Counted from the stretch's first letter, positions 25,845 through 40,100 are shown. The stretch is DNA of 64,000 nucleotides from the human T2T-CHM13v2.0 reference genome, Homo sapiens (GCF_009914755.1 NC_060935.1), one strand, 5' to 3'. Program-made: numbers and translations. Notes: generated by a model not told the origin, from the letters alone.

Positions 25845-26730
25845 CTGATGAAAAATAAAGCAATACCGGAGCAAGGGGCCAGGAAGTGATTAGGAAGTGA
25901 TAAACACACACACACATATCCAATATATATATGCTTATCTGATTATTGTGCTTTTTCCTAATGCATTTTAAGTTCCACAAGGCAGAAGTCTTATCTGTCT
26001 TGTTCACTGCTATGTGCCCAGAGTCTAGAGGAATATGTGGTACATGGTAGCAGGCACTCAATAAATATGTGCTGAATACTGCTGAATTCAGGATACACAA
26101 AGGGAAGCATGCCCGGCATACAGCAGGCACATAGTCAGTGCTTCATTGAAGATGGCAGCAGAAGGCATTCTGATTGTTTCCTCCATCCCTGCATTTCAGG
26201 AGGGAACTGTCCACTCTCTCTACAGCATGAGCAGGTCCAAGGAAGAACTCCTGCTGCCCCCCGGGACCTGAGGCTGGCTGCATGGCATGCTCCCTAGAAG
26301 ACCTGGGAGTCTGGCTTGAGTCAGAAGGCTCAGATCCCATTTTAAGATACAGAGTCAAATTTATACCTTAAAACCATCAGAAATAAACAAAAAAATACAT
26401 TCAGAGAAAAAGACATAAAGGATAAAGATCAAAATGTTAGCAGTAAGGATTTTCAAGTGACTGGAAAAACAGTGATTCTGATTTTAACTTTTACAATTTA
26501 AAAAGAAACAGTTATTTTTAAAAAAAGAGAGACTGGACAATTATCTTCTAAAAGTACAGATCTGTTAGGAGAGGGGAAGAGGTGATGCAACAGAGTAAAG
26601 GATTTCTAGAGTAAGAGGGTGCCCCAGTCTCCTGAAAGAGCTTCCACACTCATGCTCATGTGCATATTAATTATTTAGATCTCTCTGGAATTTGGAGAGA
26701 CATGAGCACTTGCTGAAAATGTTGGCTATT

Positions 26731-27002
26731 GGCCAGGTGCAGTGGCTCACACTTGTAATCCCAGCACTTTGGGAGGCTGAGGCAGGTGGATGGCTTGAGT
26801 GCAGGAGTTTGACGCCAGCCTGGGCAACATGGCAAAATCCCATCTCTAGAAAAAAATTCAAAAACTAGCCAGGCATGGTGCCACGTGCCTGTAGTACCAG
26901 CTACTGGGGAGGCTGAGGTGGGAGGATCACCTGAACCCGGGGAGGCTGAGGCTGCCATAAGCCTCTGCACTCCAGTCCGGTCCAACGAGACTCGGCCTTA
27001 AA

Positions 27003-27028
<26 letters not shown>
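26731..27028 (+). mobile_element. Alu (AluJ-like)
   Basis: Starts ggccaggtgcagtggctcac and ends in an A-tail. Degenerate TSD gaaaatgttggctatt / gaaaattctggctatt. Confidence 0.9.
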
Positions 27029-27033
<5 letters not shown>

Positions 27034-27080
27034 TTCTGGCTATTCAGAATGCTACTACCGCCTTGAAATAGTCTTGTTCT

Positions 27081-27377
27081 GCTGGGCGTTGTGGCTCACG
27101 CCTGTAATCCCAGCACTTTGGGAGGCCAAGGCAGGTGGATCATGAGGTCAGGAGATCGAGACCATCCTGGCTAACACGGTGAAACCCTGTCTCTTACAAG
27201 AAAATTAGCTAGGCACGGTGGCGGGTGCCTGTAACCCCAGCTACTCAGGAGGCTGAGGCAGGAGAATCGCTTGGACCCAGGAGGCAGAGGTTGCAGTGAG
27301 CCGGCGATTATGCCACTGCATTCCAGCCTGGGCGACAGAGTGAGACTCCGTCTCCAAAAAAAAAAAAAAGAAAAAAC
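27081..27377 (+). mobile_element. Alu (AluSc/Y-like)
   Basis: Contains gagatcgagaccatcctggctaacacgg. TSD gaaatagtcttgttct at 27065-27080 and 27378-27393. Confidence 0.92.
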
Positions 27378-28919
27378 GAAATAGTCTTGTTCTGTACTTT
27401 TAAACTTAGTTCTGGGTCAAATTACTTGGTGTCATTTGATTGATGAGGAAACTGAGGCCCAGAGAGACATGTGCCCTGCCCTCATACCCATACCATAGCA
27501 AGTCAGTGGCAGAGCTGAAACTAAAACCCAGGCACCCTGACTTCCAGTTAAAGGAACCTCCCCTCAAATCTCCTATCCACCCACTCCCCAAAACTCTAGG
27601 TGTCTAGTTCTTCTGAGAAACAAATGCCCACCTTTCTTGATGGGGACCCTAAGCTGCAGAGCCCACCTTGGGTCATAGTCACGCAGGGTCTCCTGCTCAC
27701 TGCTGCTGAGAGCTCAAGTGTGGGCACCTGATTCACTTGACCCTCACACTGGTGGGTGCTATTACCTCATTTTACAGATATGGAAACTAAGGCCCAGAAA
27801 GGTTAAGTGCCCAGCATACAGGAAAAATTAGGTGAAGATGGGATTTAAACCAGATCTCTCTGACCTCACAGCCCTGAGCTGCCTCTCAGGAAAGAGGTTC
27901 CTGAGTACTTGGAGAGGAACCTTCAGCTAAGTGGTGGGCTGTTCTTAAAGAGGGGATAGACTGGTTCCCTCTAAGCATGTGGGGAGGCCTTGGACTAGCC
28001 CCTGAACTGCCTGTAGGAGGGGCTCCCAGTCCCATGTGTCTGACTTAAGGCAGGCTGAGCTCACCTCTCAAGGGCAGAGCAAAGGGCTTTTGGGAAGGAA
28101 GTAGCCAGGAAGCTGCAAAGGCCAGTAGTTCCTCAGGACCGCCCTGATCAACGGTTCACCCTCTCACAGTGAGCCCGCTGTCCTGGGCCGTGTTTCCACC
28201 CACAAAGCCACGGGACAGCCACAATTGCCTCTGATTCTCACAACTACCTACTGGGGCAGGACAGGCAGGGATCACACCCCATATTCTGTAGCTGAGACCT
28301 CCAGGTGTGCAGGGGGTTAGTGACTCAGCCAAGACCACACAGAGTTAGTGATGGGGCTGGCAGCTGAACAAATGAATGGAAAAAAAAATGAACCAGGCAC
28401 CAGGTCTTCCAAGCCACGGTCATCCTTCTAAAAGGCCAATCCCATAATGGCACCTTCTGATTTAAAAGCTCTTGCTAGCTATTCACCCTCATGTCTACCA
28501 CCCCAGCCTCCAGGCCCACAGGGAAAAGTACAACCTCCTTTTCATGTAGCCCAAGATCCTCCATTGCTGATCTCCATTTAATCTCATCCTCAAGAGACTC
28601 CCTGTGCTCCCGCTTGAGCCAACTACTTGCCATCTCTCCAAAATGCCAAGCTCTCTCCTGGCTCTGTGCCTATCTCTCAGCTAAAAATTCCTTTCTCCCC
28701 TGCAAACTCCTACCAATTTATGCCTGGAGAAGCTATTTTGAACAATCAGGAAGACGGCACTGCATAGTGGTTAGGTGTGTGGGCCCTGGAGCCAGCCAGC
28801 CTGGGGATGGACCCTGGTTCTGCCACTTACTGGCTGTGGGACCTGAGGCAAGTTACTTAACTTGTCTGTGCTTCAGATTCTTCATCTCTAATATGGGGAT
28901 GAGAATATGACTACCTACA

Positions 28920-29468
28920 TGCGCAGAAGAGTGAAGACAGCAGCCCTGACTGCTATCCTTTGCAATGCCTTCTTATAACAGTGGCCCTGGGCTGGCATCT
29001 GGGAACTCAGGTTTCAGGAGAGTTGCCACCATTAACTGACGAGAGTGGCTGGCTCACTGTGCCTCAACAATTATGATGAATAACTGCTTTCCTTTGGGGA
29101 GTCTGGAATCCAGGTACTTGCCGGGCAGGGGGTGCCGACATGAGCACCCCCAGTAAAAACCCTGGAGCTCAGGCTTTAATGAGCCTCCCTGATTGGCAAC
29201 ATTTCACACGTTGTCACAACCTGTTGCTGGGGGAATGAAGTGCGTCCTGTGTGACTCCACTGAGAGAGGACCCCAGAACCTTGTGCCTGGTTTGCCCCAG
29301 AGTCTACCCCAGGCTTCTTTTCCCTTTGCTGATTCTGCTTTTCTGCCTTTCACTGTGATAAACCAGGGCTGTGAGTATTAACACCTATACTCAACTACGT
29401 GTTGAGTCTTGTGAGTCCCACTAGTAAATCATCAAACCTGGGGGTGGGGGCCTGGGGACTCCCAACAC
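28920..29468. mobile_element. MER21-like solo LTR interrupting a MIR
   Basis: Start tg..agaagagtgaagacagcagccctgactgctatcctt and end ...ggggactcccaaca resemble MER21. MIR halves lie on both sides. Confidence 0.75.
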
Positions 29469-31275
29469 CCACCTTATGGAATAGCTGTGAAGAATGAAGT
29501 TAACATGTGCCAAGAACTTAGAACAGCACCTGGCCGTTCCCAGTAAGGGCTCTCTCTACTGCTGCTCCCAAGCAGAGGGAACCATGCTCTCTTCTCTGCT
29601 CAGAGGACTCCCTCTGTCACAACATCAGTCATGGTACCTGTCCTCATTCATTTACAGGTCTGTCTCCCTCAAAAGACGGTGAGCTTCTTAATAACAGTTG
29701 GCTGTGTCTTCTGCATGTCTTTGACTGAATCACCAAATTACAAGGAAGACTGTATATCCCAATTCTCTGCAACGCTCTGGGGCTGACCTGGCCTGCCAGA
29801 AGGCACTGTGTGTGCCATTCTGGGAACCACACTAGGGCTGGTCTGGAGACCACCAGGATGGCACCCATCCCTGAGGGTGGGCAGGGTTTTTCCCCAAATT
29901 CAGTGTGACCACAAAATGGACCCCAGGCTTCCCTACCAGGCTTGAGATGAGATGAGCTGGAGCCAAGGTCTGGCAGCCTTCTGCTCTGACTTCCCCTCAC
30001 CCAACAGGAACCTGATGGGTTATTAATCAGACAGTCCCTGGGAAATCAATTAAGTGTCTGATGCTGCAGAGTGCAAAAGAAGTGGATCAGGGTTTGGGGG
30101 ACCCTAAACATATGGCTCCCTCCAGAATGGATCACAGATGCACCTATAGAAGCTTAAAGCAACATCTTACCCCAGCTCAAAGGGAGCACAGGTAGGCCCA
30201 GGCTCCTCAATGGGGGACTCAGTTAACATTGGAGACTGCCAGAAGTATGGCAGGTGCAGAGAAAGGAGCACATTTACCAAAGCCCTCTCTCTTCTTCATC
30301 CTCCTGCTAGCCTTTCTTTTTCTGCCAGCATGAAATCTAAATCCCTCTTGGTCATTCTACCAGCTGTTATAGTATTTATTCAGCCATTAATTCTAGACTC
30401 TCAATACAGACTGAGTTTGACAATCAGGGAAGGGCCTGTGACTATTTCTCTGATATCAAGAGGCTCCCATTCTGGTGGGGACTGGCAAAAGCTGTTTAGG
30501 CTCCCATTCTGGTGGGGACTGGCCCAACCTGCTCTGTTGGGCCGCTAGGCCTCTGCTCAGACTGTGCCCTCTCAGGCCCTCCTTTCTGCCCCTCCTCTGC
30601 CTGGGAGACTCCTGCTTGCTCTTCTCAGTCATGCTGTACCAGGTCTTCCAGGAAGCCTTCCTTTCTCCCCACTCAAGTCTCAGTTAAGTATACATATTCA
30701 TTCATTTATTTCACCTGTGTTAATAATTATCAAACAGCTACCATGTTGTGGGAAGCCCTGTGTTGTGTGCTGGGGATCTCAGGGCAATTAAAAAGTAGCA
30801 TTATTTCCTGTACTTTTCTCTATCAAAGCACTTATTCTATTATAGGAGTCTGTTCTCTGAAATGTCTTACCTGGTAGACACATAGTAGACACTCAGTGAA
30901 TATTTATTGAATAATAAAACACTACATAATAAGTAGTTGAGCATTTACTATATGCTAAGACATTTTCAGACATTATCTTAATATGTTTGTTACAACAGCC
31001 TTATGAGGTGGTGTGGTGGATTAAAGATGGCCACAAATTCTTGGACACTTTTTCCACTGAGAAGTGGGGTCTGTTTCTCCTCCTCTTGAAGCTGGCCAGC
31101 TTATGACTGCTTTGACTAACAGAATATGGAGGAAATGACACTATAGCATTTTCAGGCCAAGCCTTAAAAGCATCAATAGCTCCTGTCTCAGTGCCTTGGA
31201 GCCGCAAGCCACTGAGTATGAAGCACAATTACCCTGCTAGGAAGCCTATTTGGAGAGGCCCTTAGAGGGAGAGGA

Positions 31276-31985
<710 letters not shown>

Positions 31986-32839
31986 GAAGGGTACTGCCAA
32001 GACCAGCTTTCCAGCCATCCCCCCACAAGATGTCAATTATGTTAGTGAAGTCATCTTGGATCCTTCAAATGAGTCCAGTTGCCAGCTGAATACTACCAGT
32101 GGACCCCTGTCAACGCGATGTGGAGTGGATGAATAGCCTAGCTGAGCTCTTCCTAAACTCTTGACTCACACTGTGAAGTGTAATCAACTGGATGTTTCCA
32201 AAGCCACTAAATTTTGGAGTCATTTGTTTGTTGTGCAGCAATAGATAATCACAGCAGAAAGTGACTTTTATTTTCTCCATTTTAGAGATGAAATTGAAGG
32301 TCTTGGTCCATAGCTAGTGAGCACTAGGGTGGGGTTTCTGAGGATAGGGTATGTCTGATCCTAAAACCGGTGCTTCAAACTCACTATGGTGAATGGGCCA
32401 TCACTTGTACCCTCAGAACATAAGGCCAAACTTACTTCTCTGAAGTAGAGAAGAGGTAGAACCTACTATTTCCCCTCAACTCCTTTGGGGCGAGTAGGAG
32501 CTCAAGAAACTCTTTTTGAATGACATTTTTATCCACAGGGTGGATATGGAGAGAAGATGTATATGAAAAAAATGGGAAATAGCTTTTAGAGTGTGGTTTC
32601 TAAATGCTAGGCACTGTGCTGTGTGCTTCTTATATATCACATTTACTTCCTCCCAACCTCTTTGAGAGGCACGAATTCTTATCCCAATTTATAGATGAGG
32701 AAATCAAGGTTCAGGGATGTTAGGGAACTTGGCCAGCTAGTAAGCGTTAAAGCCAAGGCAGGTATGAAGGTCCCTCTGACTTTGAAGGCCATATTCTGTC
32801 CACCTTGCCAAGGTGGTCAGCTTGTGATTCAGTCTGCCA

Positions 32840-32975
32840 GACTTGATGCTGATCCCTCCTAAACCGTGCCTTGTTAGTTTTGTGCCTTCAACCAGTTAAG
32901 GTCAGCATCAAGATCTAGAATTCTGATTGTGTATTCACTGAATTAAGCAACTTTTCCGGCTTTAGGTCATCCTTG
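32840..32975 (-). mobile_element. L3/CR1 ORF2 remnant
   Basis: The reverse strand reads gatgacctaaag...gaattctagatcttg...aaactaacaaggcacggtttagg. This resembles the CR1 post-RT segment (DDTKL...IQ.DL...N.M.FN). Confidence 0.4.
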
Positions 32976-35149
32976 GAGGGACAGGACTCTGGGGTCACAG
33001 AGGAAGACTTCCTCAAACATTTCAACCGGGGCTTCAAGAATAAGTAGGACTGGATAGACCACGAAGTGAGAAGGTGAGCGACTCTGGCAGAGCTCTGCAA
33101 GACTCTGTGAAAAGGCATGAAAGGGCCTCGCATTGGGGGAAATACATGTACATGCACATACATGCATATACATACACTGAATATTAAATATATATGATAT
33201 ATATCACAAATAATGTTATATATGTATATAGATGTACATAAAATGGTGTTATGTGAGTATATACCTACATGTTAACAATGGTTACTTTTGGTGACAAATA
33301 AAAATGATTTTCTTTTCTTCTTGCTTATTTCATTGTCTAGCTGTTTTACAATGAACATTTCTTATTTGAGTAATAAAGTATAAATAAAAAGAAAAAGCTG
33401 CATGTGTTTGAGCAATGGATGTGGGAAGATAGAACATCAGAAAGGCAGGTGAGCACAGAAAGACAGGAGACGTGAGCTGGGACCACCTTTACAACTCACA
33501 CTAACCATTAGGAAAACCGCCTTGCTGCTCATCCTCTATCTTCCTTTCCTTGAAAAACCTGGAGACTCAGAATAGGAAGTTCTAACTTGATCCTAAGTGG
33601 GAAAGATGAACATCCAAGCAGAGGGAGTGGTGACTGTGGTCCATGCAGAGCATCAGAACCATCGATTAGTGGCTGGCTTCTTCCAGTCATGTTCGGTCTT
33701 TCAATGAGCACATTGGAAATAATGGAGATCTGATTAAGCTACCCTGGGCAGGCTGACACACAATTATCCTACTCTGTTACTGATGAGGCACACAGGGAAA
33801 AATCACACACGATTTTAAAGGATGCCAACAGAAATAATATAAATTAAGAGACTGGAGGCGGGAGCGGGGAAGCTGCTTGGGCTGCATCTCTAAGAATTTT
33901 GCTTTCGGAAAAACAATTCTACAGGAGTAAAGTGGTACAAACAATGTTCATTTTCTCTTACTGGCCTCCACAAGCTTGATGTGCCATTACCATAGCTGTG
34001 TGCTAGGCAGTCACATGTCCACACTTTTCACATGCAGGTTAATTTTACTTCCTTAACTGTGGGATGACCTTTGTTCTCTTCACAGATAAAGAACAGGAGT
34101 TTGGGGAAATAAAATCTACGTTTCCCACTACTTTAGGAAGTAGGGTAGAAGATAAAGTGGTTCCAGTTTTGCCAGCCTAGGACACTTCATCTACAGTTTA
34201 GAGAAAGGGAAAGGCTATGCTCCCAAAGTCAACAGCGCTTATCTCAGAGTGGTAGGATTATGGGTAAATCTTAATTTTTGTCTTCATAGTTTTCTGCATT
34301 TTCTCCGGTGAGCTTGTATGGTTTTTAAAATCATAAACAAACTTCATTTTGGAAAAACAGTGTGTAGGCAGAGGGAAGGAGAACAGCTACAGAACTCAAG
34401 GAGACTGATGTCCCTGAGCTGACAAATCACTGACCAACAAAGCTGGAAGAAGGAACAGGGCAGAGGGATCCCGGCCAGCAGAGACGAAGAGAAGGTGGCT
34501 GGGGTGTAGGTGAAGCAGCACTGGACAGGGAGTCAGGCAACCTGAGTTCAAGTTTCAGCTGTGCCTCAGTCGCCTGTGTGAAGTGAGCTAGTGATGGACC
34601 CGCTCTGATTCTCAGCTTCCAAATTCCCAAATGGGGATTATCATCCTAATACCCACTTCATAGAGGTATGAGGATTACATAATGTCACACACAGGAAAGC
34701 CCTTGTAACCCAAAGCTGATGTATACATGCTAGGGGTTATTAGGGCTTTGGGCATAAAGGTGGTAGCACAGCAGGGAAGGAGGAGAGGTGGGGAGACTGA
34801 CATAGCTGAGTGCCGACGCCAGGCCAGGCAGGTCTGACACTAGGCATTGGGTGGTAGAATCATGTAGGGAAAGGCAAAGATGAGGGCCCGAGCCAAACCA
34901 GACTGAGAGCCTGCTGTTGGTCACACATCTGTGAAAGCCTCGTTCACACATTAGCTCTCATCTCCTTTAACAGTTCCGTCCCGCAAACATCATGGCCATT
35001 GTGTAGATAAGGGAAGAGAGGCAAGGGGTTGGTGCGGGGGGTGTCTAGCAACTTGGCCAAGGTCACACCTTTGGTAATCAGCAGGCTAGCACTGGACCTT
35101 GGGTCTCTCGGGTTCCAAAGCCCATGCTGGCAGTCAGGGAACCGCATCC

Positions 35150-35620
35150 CTAAACCGTGCACCCAACCCCAGCTCCTCCGGCCGGCGTTATCTGGGGACA
35201 CTGAATGGCCCCGCCAGCCAAAGACCTTGGTCCGGGCCCCGGGTGCCCACCCTCCTCAGCCTCACCCTCCCTACCGGCCGCGCACCTGGTCTCCAGGGGG
35301 ATGTTGCTGTTGAGCAGCCAGTTCTCCTGGGCGTGGGCAGGCTCCTGGGCGCCGCCGGCAGGGGGCTCTCCGGAGAGCGAGTGGTCCGTGGGGGCCGGGC
35401 TGGGGTTGCTCCTCGGCGTGAAGTTGCCCCGGTTCAGGGAGTTAATGGAGGCCGCGTGGTGCTGGTTGGGGGTGTGGGCGTGCGAGAGCGGCGGCGGCGG
35501 CGTCCGGAGCCGCGCGTGGTTCTGCAGGCCGCCCGGATGATCTAGGGCACAAACATGGCGGTCAGCGGCGGTGAGCTTGGTGCTGCCCCTCGGCTGGAAA
35601 AGCAGCCACGGAGGTCTGAG
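35150..35620. promoter_or_regulatory. Intragenic CpG island over the 256-nt exon
   Basis: Very GC-rich, with dense CpG (gcggcggcggcg, cgcgcg, ccgg) in an otherwise CpG-depleted window. Confidence 0.75.
35286..35541 (-). CDS. TENM4: Teneurin-4 coding exon, intracellular domain ([21 protein letters not shown]...[14 protein letters not shown]), 256 nt, phase 1 to phase 2
   Basis: Acceptor gtgccctag|AT at 35543-35542 and donor AG|gtgcg at 35285-35284. Length is 2+84x3+2 nt. The peptide carries teneurin intracellular-domain motifs ([23 protein letters not shown]). Confidence 0.96.
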
Positions 35621-35859
35621 CAAGACCACAGAAGAGGGAGCCGGCAGATTATACATATTGATGCAGTCAATCAGTAATTACACGACAGTTGTTTATTGAG
35701 CACCTACCATTCTAGGTGCTAGGGATACCTTAACCAACTAAACAGACAAAAATTCCCGTCCCCACTGAGCTTAAATTCTAGCAGGGGAGTGAAACAATAA
35801 ACAACATAAAAAAGACTAGTTACCCATCTCAGCAACTTCACATTGTTTCATGCTTTTAG

Positions 35860-36039
35860 GACGTGGTTTTTAAAGTGTGGCCAGGGACCAGCAGCTTCAG
35901 CATCGTCTGGGAACTTGTTAGAGATGAAAATAAGCCCTGCCCCAGGCTGACTGAATCATGAACCCTGATAGGGCCCAGGAAACTGATTTTACAAACCCTC
36001 CAAGTGACTCTGATGTATGCTAAAATTCTAGAACCGCTG
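35860..36039. mobile_element. MER5A-like hAT-Charlie DNA transposon fossil
   Basis: gtggtttttaaagtgtggccagggaccagcagc...ctgggaacttgttagag...aaattctagaaccgctg. Confidence 0.8.
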
Positions 36040-36096
36040 ATTATATATGATGGTACACAGTAAACGAAACAAACCAAGTTTTTAAAAGTAAAACGT

Positions 36097-36377
36097 GGCC
36101 GGTCGCGGTGGCTCAAGCCTGTAATCCCAGCACTTTGGGAGGCCGAGGTGGGCGGATCACAAGGTCAGGAGATCGAGACCATCCTGGCTAACATGGTGAA
36201 ACCCTGTCTCTACTAAAAATACAAAAAATTAGCCGGGCGTGGTGGCGGGCGCCTGTAGTCCCAGCTGCTCAGGAGGCTGGGGCAGGAGAATGGCGTGAAC
36301 CTGGGAGGCGGAGCTTGCAGTGAGCTGAGATTGCGCCACTGCACTCCAGCCTGAGCTACAGAGCAAGACTCTGTCTC

Positions 36378-36401
<24 letters not shown>
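36097..36401 (+). mobile_element. AluY
   Basis: Y-type ggagaatggcgtgaacc...ggagcttgcagtgag, many intact CpGs and a long pure A-tail. TSD aaaagtaaaacgt / aaaagtaaaacat. Confidence 0.93.
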
Positions 36402-36410
<9 letters not shown>

Positions 36411-36579
36411 ACATAGAGTTTACTGAGATGGTGATAAATCTAAGAGCACATACAGCCAGGAAGGGGACTGTGGCCTGTGTATGTAAGGGCAGTGGTGAAA
36501 TTTTAGATAGGGTGGCCACATAACGAGAAAGATGACTTTTGAATAAAGTGAGCCATGCTGGGGTCCGGTGGTTAAAAAC

Positions 36580-37150
36580 CACTCAACATTTACTGAGCAC
36601 ATCGAATGTGCCAGAGTCCCGTTCTGAGCCTTCTACAAGTGTAAATTCAGCTAATTCTCACAACCACTGCAGAGTAGGGACTGCTTTTATCCCCAGTTTA
36701 CAGATGAGAACATTGAGATACTTTATTTATTCCCTTTAATTATTCAGAACACCAGGTATCATCACCAATTTATAGATGAAAAACGTAGACTTGGAGCAGG
36801 TAAGTAAAGTGCCCAAGGGTTTGTGGCTAAGTAGGTGTTATTGGCAAAGAAAGAAAACAAATACAATTTCTGGTGATACCACAAATGAGGCAAGTTGTGG
36901 AGGTAAATCTTCACCATCCATCTAAGCTATGCTCACAGAAAGCCTAGTCTTTCAAAGCAGATGATATTATGCGGGTGGTGAAGAGGCCAAGAAATTAGAT
37001 TCTAACCTAGATTCTACCACTTATTAACCACATGGGCATGGACAAGTCATTTAACCTCTTTAAGCCTCAGTTTTCTCATCTGTAAAATAGGGGAAATAGT
37101 TTATTTGGGGGATCACAGGGCTACTGTGAGATCAAATGAGGCAATTGGTA
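36580..37150. mobile_element. MIR fragments
   Basis: cccagtttacagatgagaa; caagtcatttaacctctttaagcctcagttttctcatctgtaaaat. Confidence 0.7.
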
Positions 37151-40100
37151 GGAAATAAATATTTCTGAAGTATTCTGCTTCCTTTGTTCCTCATGAGAAT
37201 TCTGTATTTTATAGAGGAGACTAAGAATCAGAAAGAACAGCAATATTCCAAAAGCTGTGCTCTTCCTTGGATAGGGAGAAGGCTTTTTGGAAATCATCAA
37301 GCACAGTCAAGTATGAAGCACCATTAGTGTTATGGATTTTTTTAGTGTAAGATGCATCACTCTGCTTTTTGAGTAAATCAACCTTTTATGCCAAAGAGGT
37401 ACAAAGCCAATCTGGTGGGGAATTCGGGAAAGGGGAGTTAGGGGTGGAAGGGAGAAAGAAACAGGAACCCCTCTAAGTGGATCACTTCCTTATTACAAGC
37501 TGCTACTTTCGGCATAAAGCCCACACCTGGCTTATTAATACAAAACCCTCCGGAATCCGATCCATGTCTTCCAGCCTCTTCTCCCATCAGCTCCATCATG
37601 CATCCTCCACTCCAGCCACATTTTTCCTCCGAGGCCAGGAGATGTACTGAGACCATCTGAATGGCCAAAACCTCAACTCCCACAAGGAGGGTCCCCAGGA
37701 AGGTGACAGAATGTGAATGGTACTCCCTGAAGATATGCAGTTCTGTAGTGCTGGACCAGAAGGGAACTAGCAAGGATGTTCCTTGCTGGGAAGGGAGAGA
37801 ACCTGGCAGGCGAATACAACTTGTCCAGGCAGAGTGGTGTCCCACTCAGAGAACAGGGAGTATTGGACGAGAAAGAAGGTGAGAATGTGCAGGGTCATTT
37901 GTTTTGTCCAGCTGTCCTCAGGTGGCACTTCGGTGGAGACAGACAGAGCCTGGGACAGAAGCCAGCAGCAGAAGCAGCCTCTTGGGCTGACTGAATGTTC
38001 TTCCCAGCCTTGGCCTTTCAGGCTGCTGGCAGTAGTTCACCAGAGCAGTGGGAGGCAGTGGCTGAACCACTACTGTCCAATGGTTATCAAGAGGCCAGCA
38101 GAGAAGTGTGACCCAGTCCTTGCTCCTGCTCTGGTCCTAGGAGTCAACCTCATGGCATTTTACTTAATTGATACAGTTTCTGCTATGTATTGGAGCATCT
38201 GTAATGTGTGCTTTCAAACCCTTAACGTTTCTAATGCTCACAACAACCCTTCGGGGGCAGTATTTGTATTCCCATTTTACAGATGAGGACGCTGAGGCTT
38301 ACAAAACTAGTCAGTTCTCATAAACACAAAAGCCAAATTCAGTCTACCAAACCATGGTGCCTTTGCATAAAACTTAAACACCTCCTGGAATGTCTGTCCA
38401 TGGCTAAATGCAGGAAAAAGGTCCTCAGTGAAGACAGTAGCATCTGATGTCTGAGGCAGGCAAGCCTACAGACATTTGCTTTGTGACTAATGGGGACACC
38501 AGGCTCTGGCTTGATAAATGTTCAGGAGAACTGTCAAAAGTCCTGCAATGATGAAATTTTAAGTAAGATCACTGGTCCAGGTCTAAAAACTAACTTCTAA
38601 AAGGAAATTCTCCTATGGGGACAAGGAATGTTTTCTATGGGGACAAGGAATGTTCTGGGCCAAATCCTTTCTATCTTTTGAGCTCTCAGCTCAACTGCCT
38701 CCCCGTCCAGAAAGACTTCCTTGATCTGTCCTTTTCCTCTTGAATGCTGACAGCAGGCAACCCAGACCTCTCATTTTCATTTCCTCCCCAAGAGCATGCA
38801 TACTGATGTCCACATGTTGCCTCCTCTGGGAGGTGTGAAAGTCCCTATCTTCTCTTCTCTGTGCTGGGTGAACACAGAGCCTAGAACTGAGCAGATGCTC
38901 AATTAAGTTTATTGAATGAATAGCCATGTGAATGGCCTGAGCTGTCAGTGCAAGCAAGTGAGGTTCATGTGGGGCAATTTGTGTGCAAAAAATCATAGTA
39001 GACCGCTCTGGGCCTGCTAGACCATGGGTCTATGCAGGCCTTCACTTATTTGCCTGGAGCCAGAGTTGCGGAGGCTTGAGCTAGGCCCTTTATTTCCCTT
39101 CCCTCACCCTTTCTAGCTTGAGAATGTTAAGAAAGGGGACCTTGATGTTTCCTGGGTTCCCAAAGGAAAAGCTCTGTATTTGGGAGCTCAGCAATGGAAA
39201 CCTCACTCACAAACCCCAGAAAGAAACATTAACTTCCCAAAGAGCAAATGTTTCCTCTGGTCTGAATGGACTCCTTTTTTTTTTTTTTTTTTGCTCCTAT
39301 GGCCAGGAGGGAAGACAGAGGTGAGAGGCTACAGAGGAGACTTCTTTTATCCCCCGACAAATATGCACCCTCGTCTTTGGAGGGAATCTCAGAATCAGTT
39401 CACCCATTCAGCATTTATTGAATGCCTATTCTGTGCCAAGTATTGTACACTAGGTATTGGGAATAAAACAGTGAACAAGATAAACATGGCCTAAGAGAGA
39501 ACTCTCTTATAGTTTCTATTTACTGGCTGGGTGACCTGCAACAACTCACTTCTCTTCGGTCCTTGGTCAGTGTGTGTGTGAAAGGGCACACTTTCCTACT
39601 TCACCACTTTCTGGAGGATGAAGAGCCATGGGTACCATCAACTCCTACTAAGCCCTGAGGGAAAGACCCATGTGTCATTTCTTTCCATATCCCCAGCGTC
39701 CGCACAGAGCTGTGCCTGATGCATGGTAGGCCCTCAGTAAATATTTACAGAATGTCGGGGAAAGAACAACAACTCAGGTAGTTGGGCTTTTTGCCTGCAC
39801 AAGCAGTTGCTTCTCTCACGCTACCTGGGAGTACACATTGGTACACTTGCAAAGCTGTGATGGAAATTCCAATTTATACCCTCTTCTTACAGATATAGCT
39901 ACCAAGTATATCTGTGAATCAAGCCCAAATGTGAGTCATTTTACTGCTATTTGTGCACACCACTGCCAGTAAAGGTCACTTGCTTACCTGAGTTTTGCAA
40001 GCCTGGTTTTCCAGGAAGTTTCTTTGCTTCCTACAAGTTCTTAAATATATTTGCAGTTACTAGTGTCCTCCAACACGTTAGGCAGTTTTCATTTTAGATG

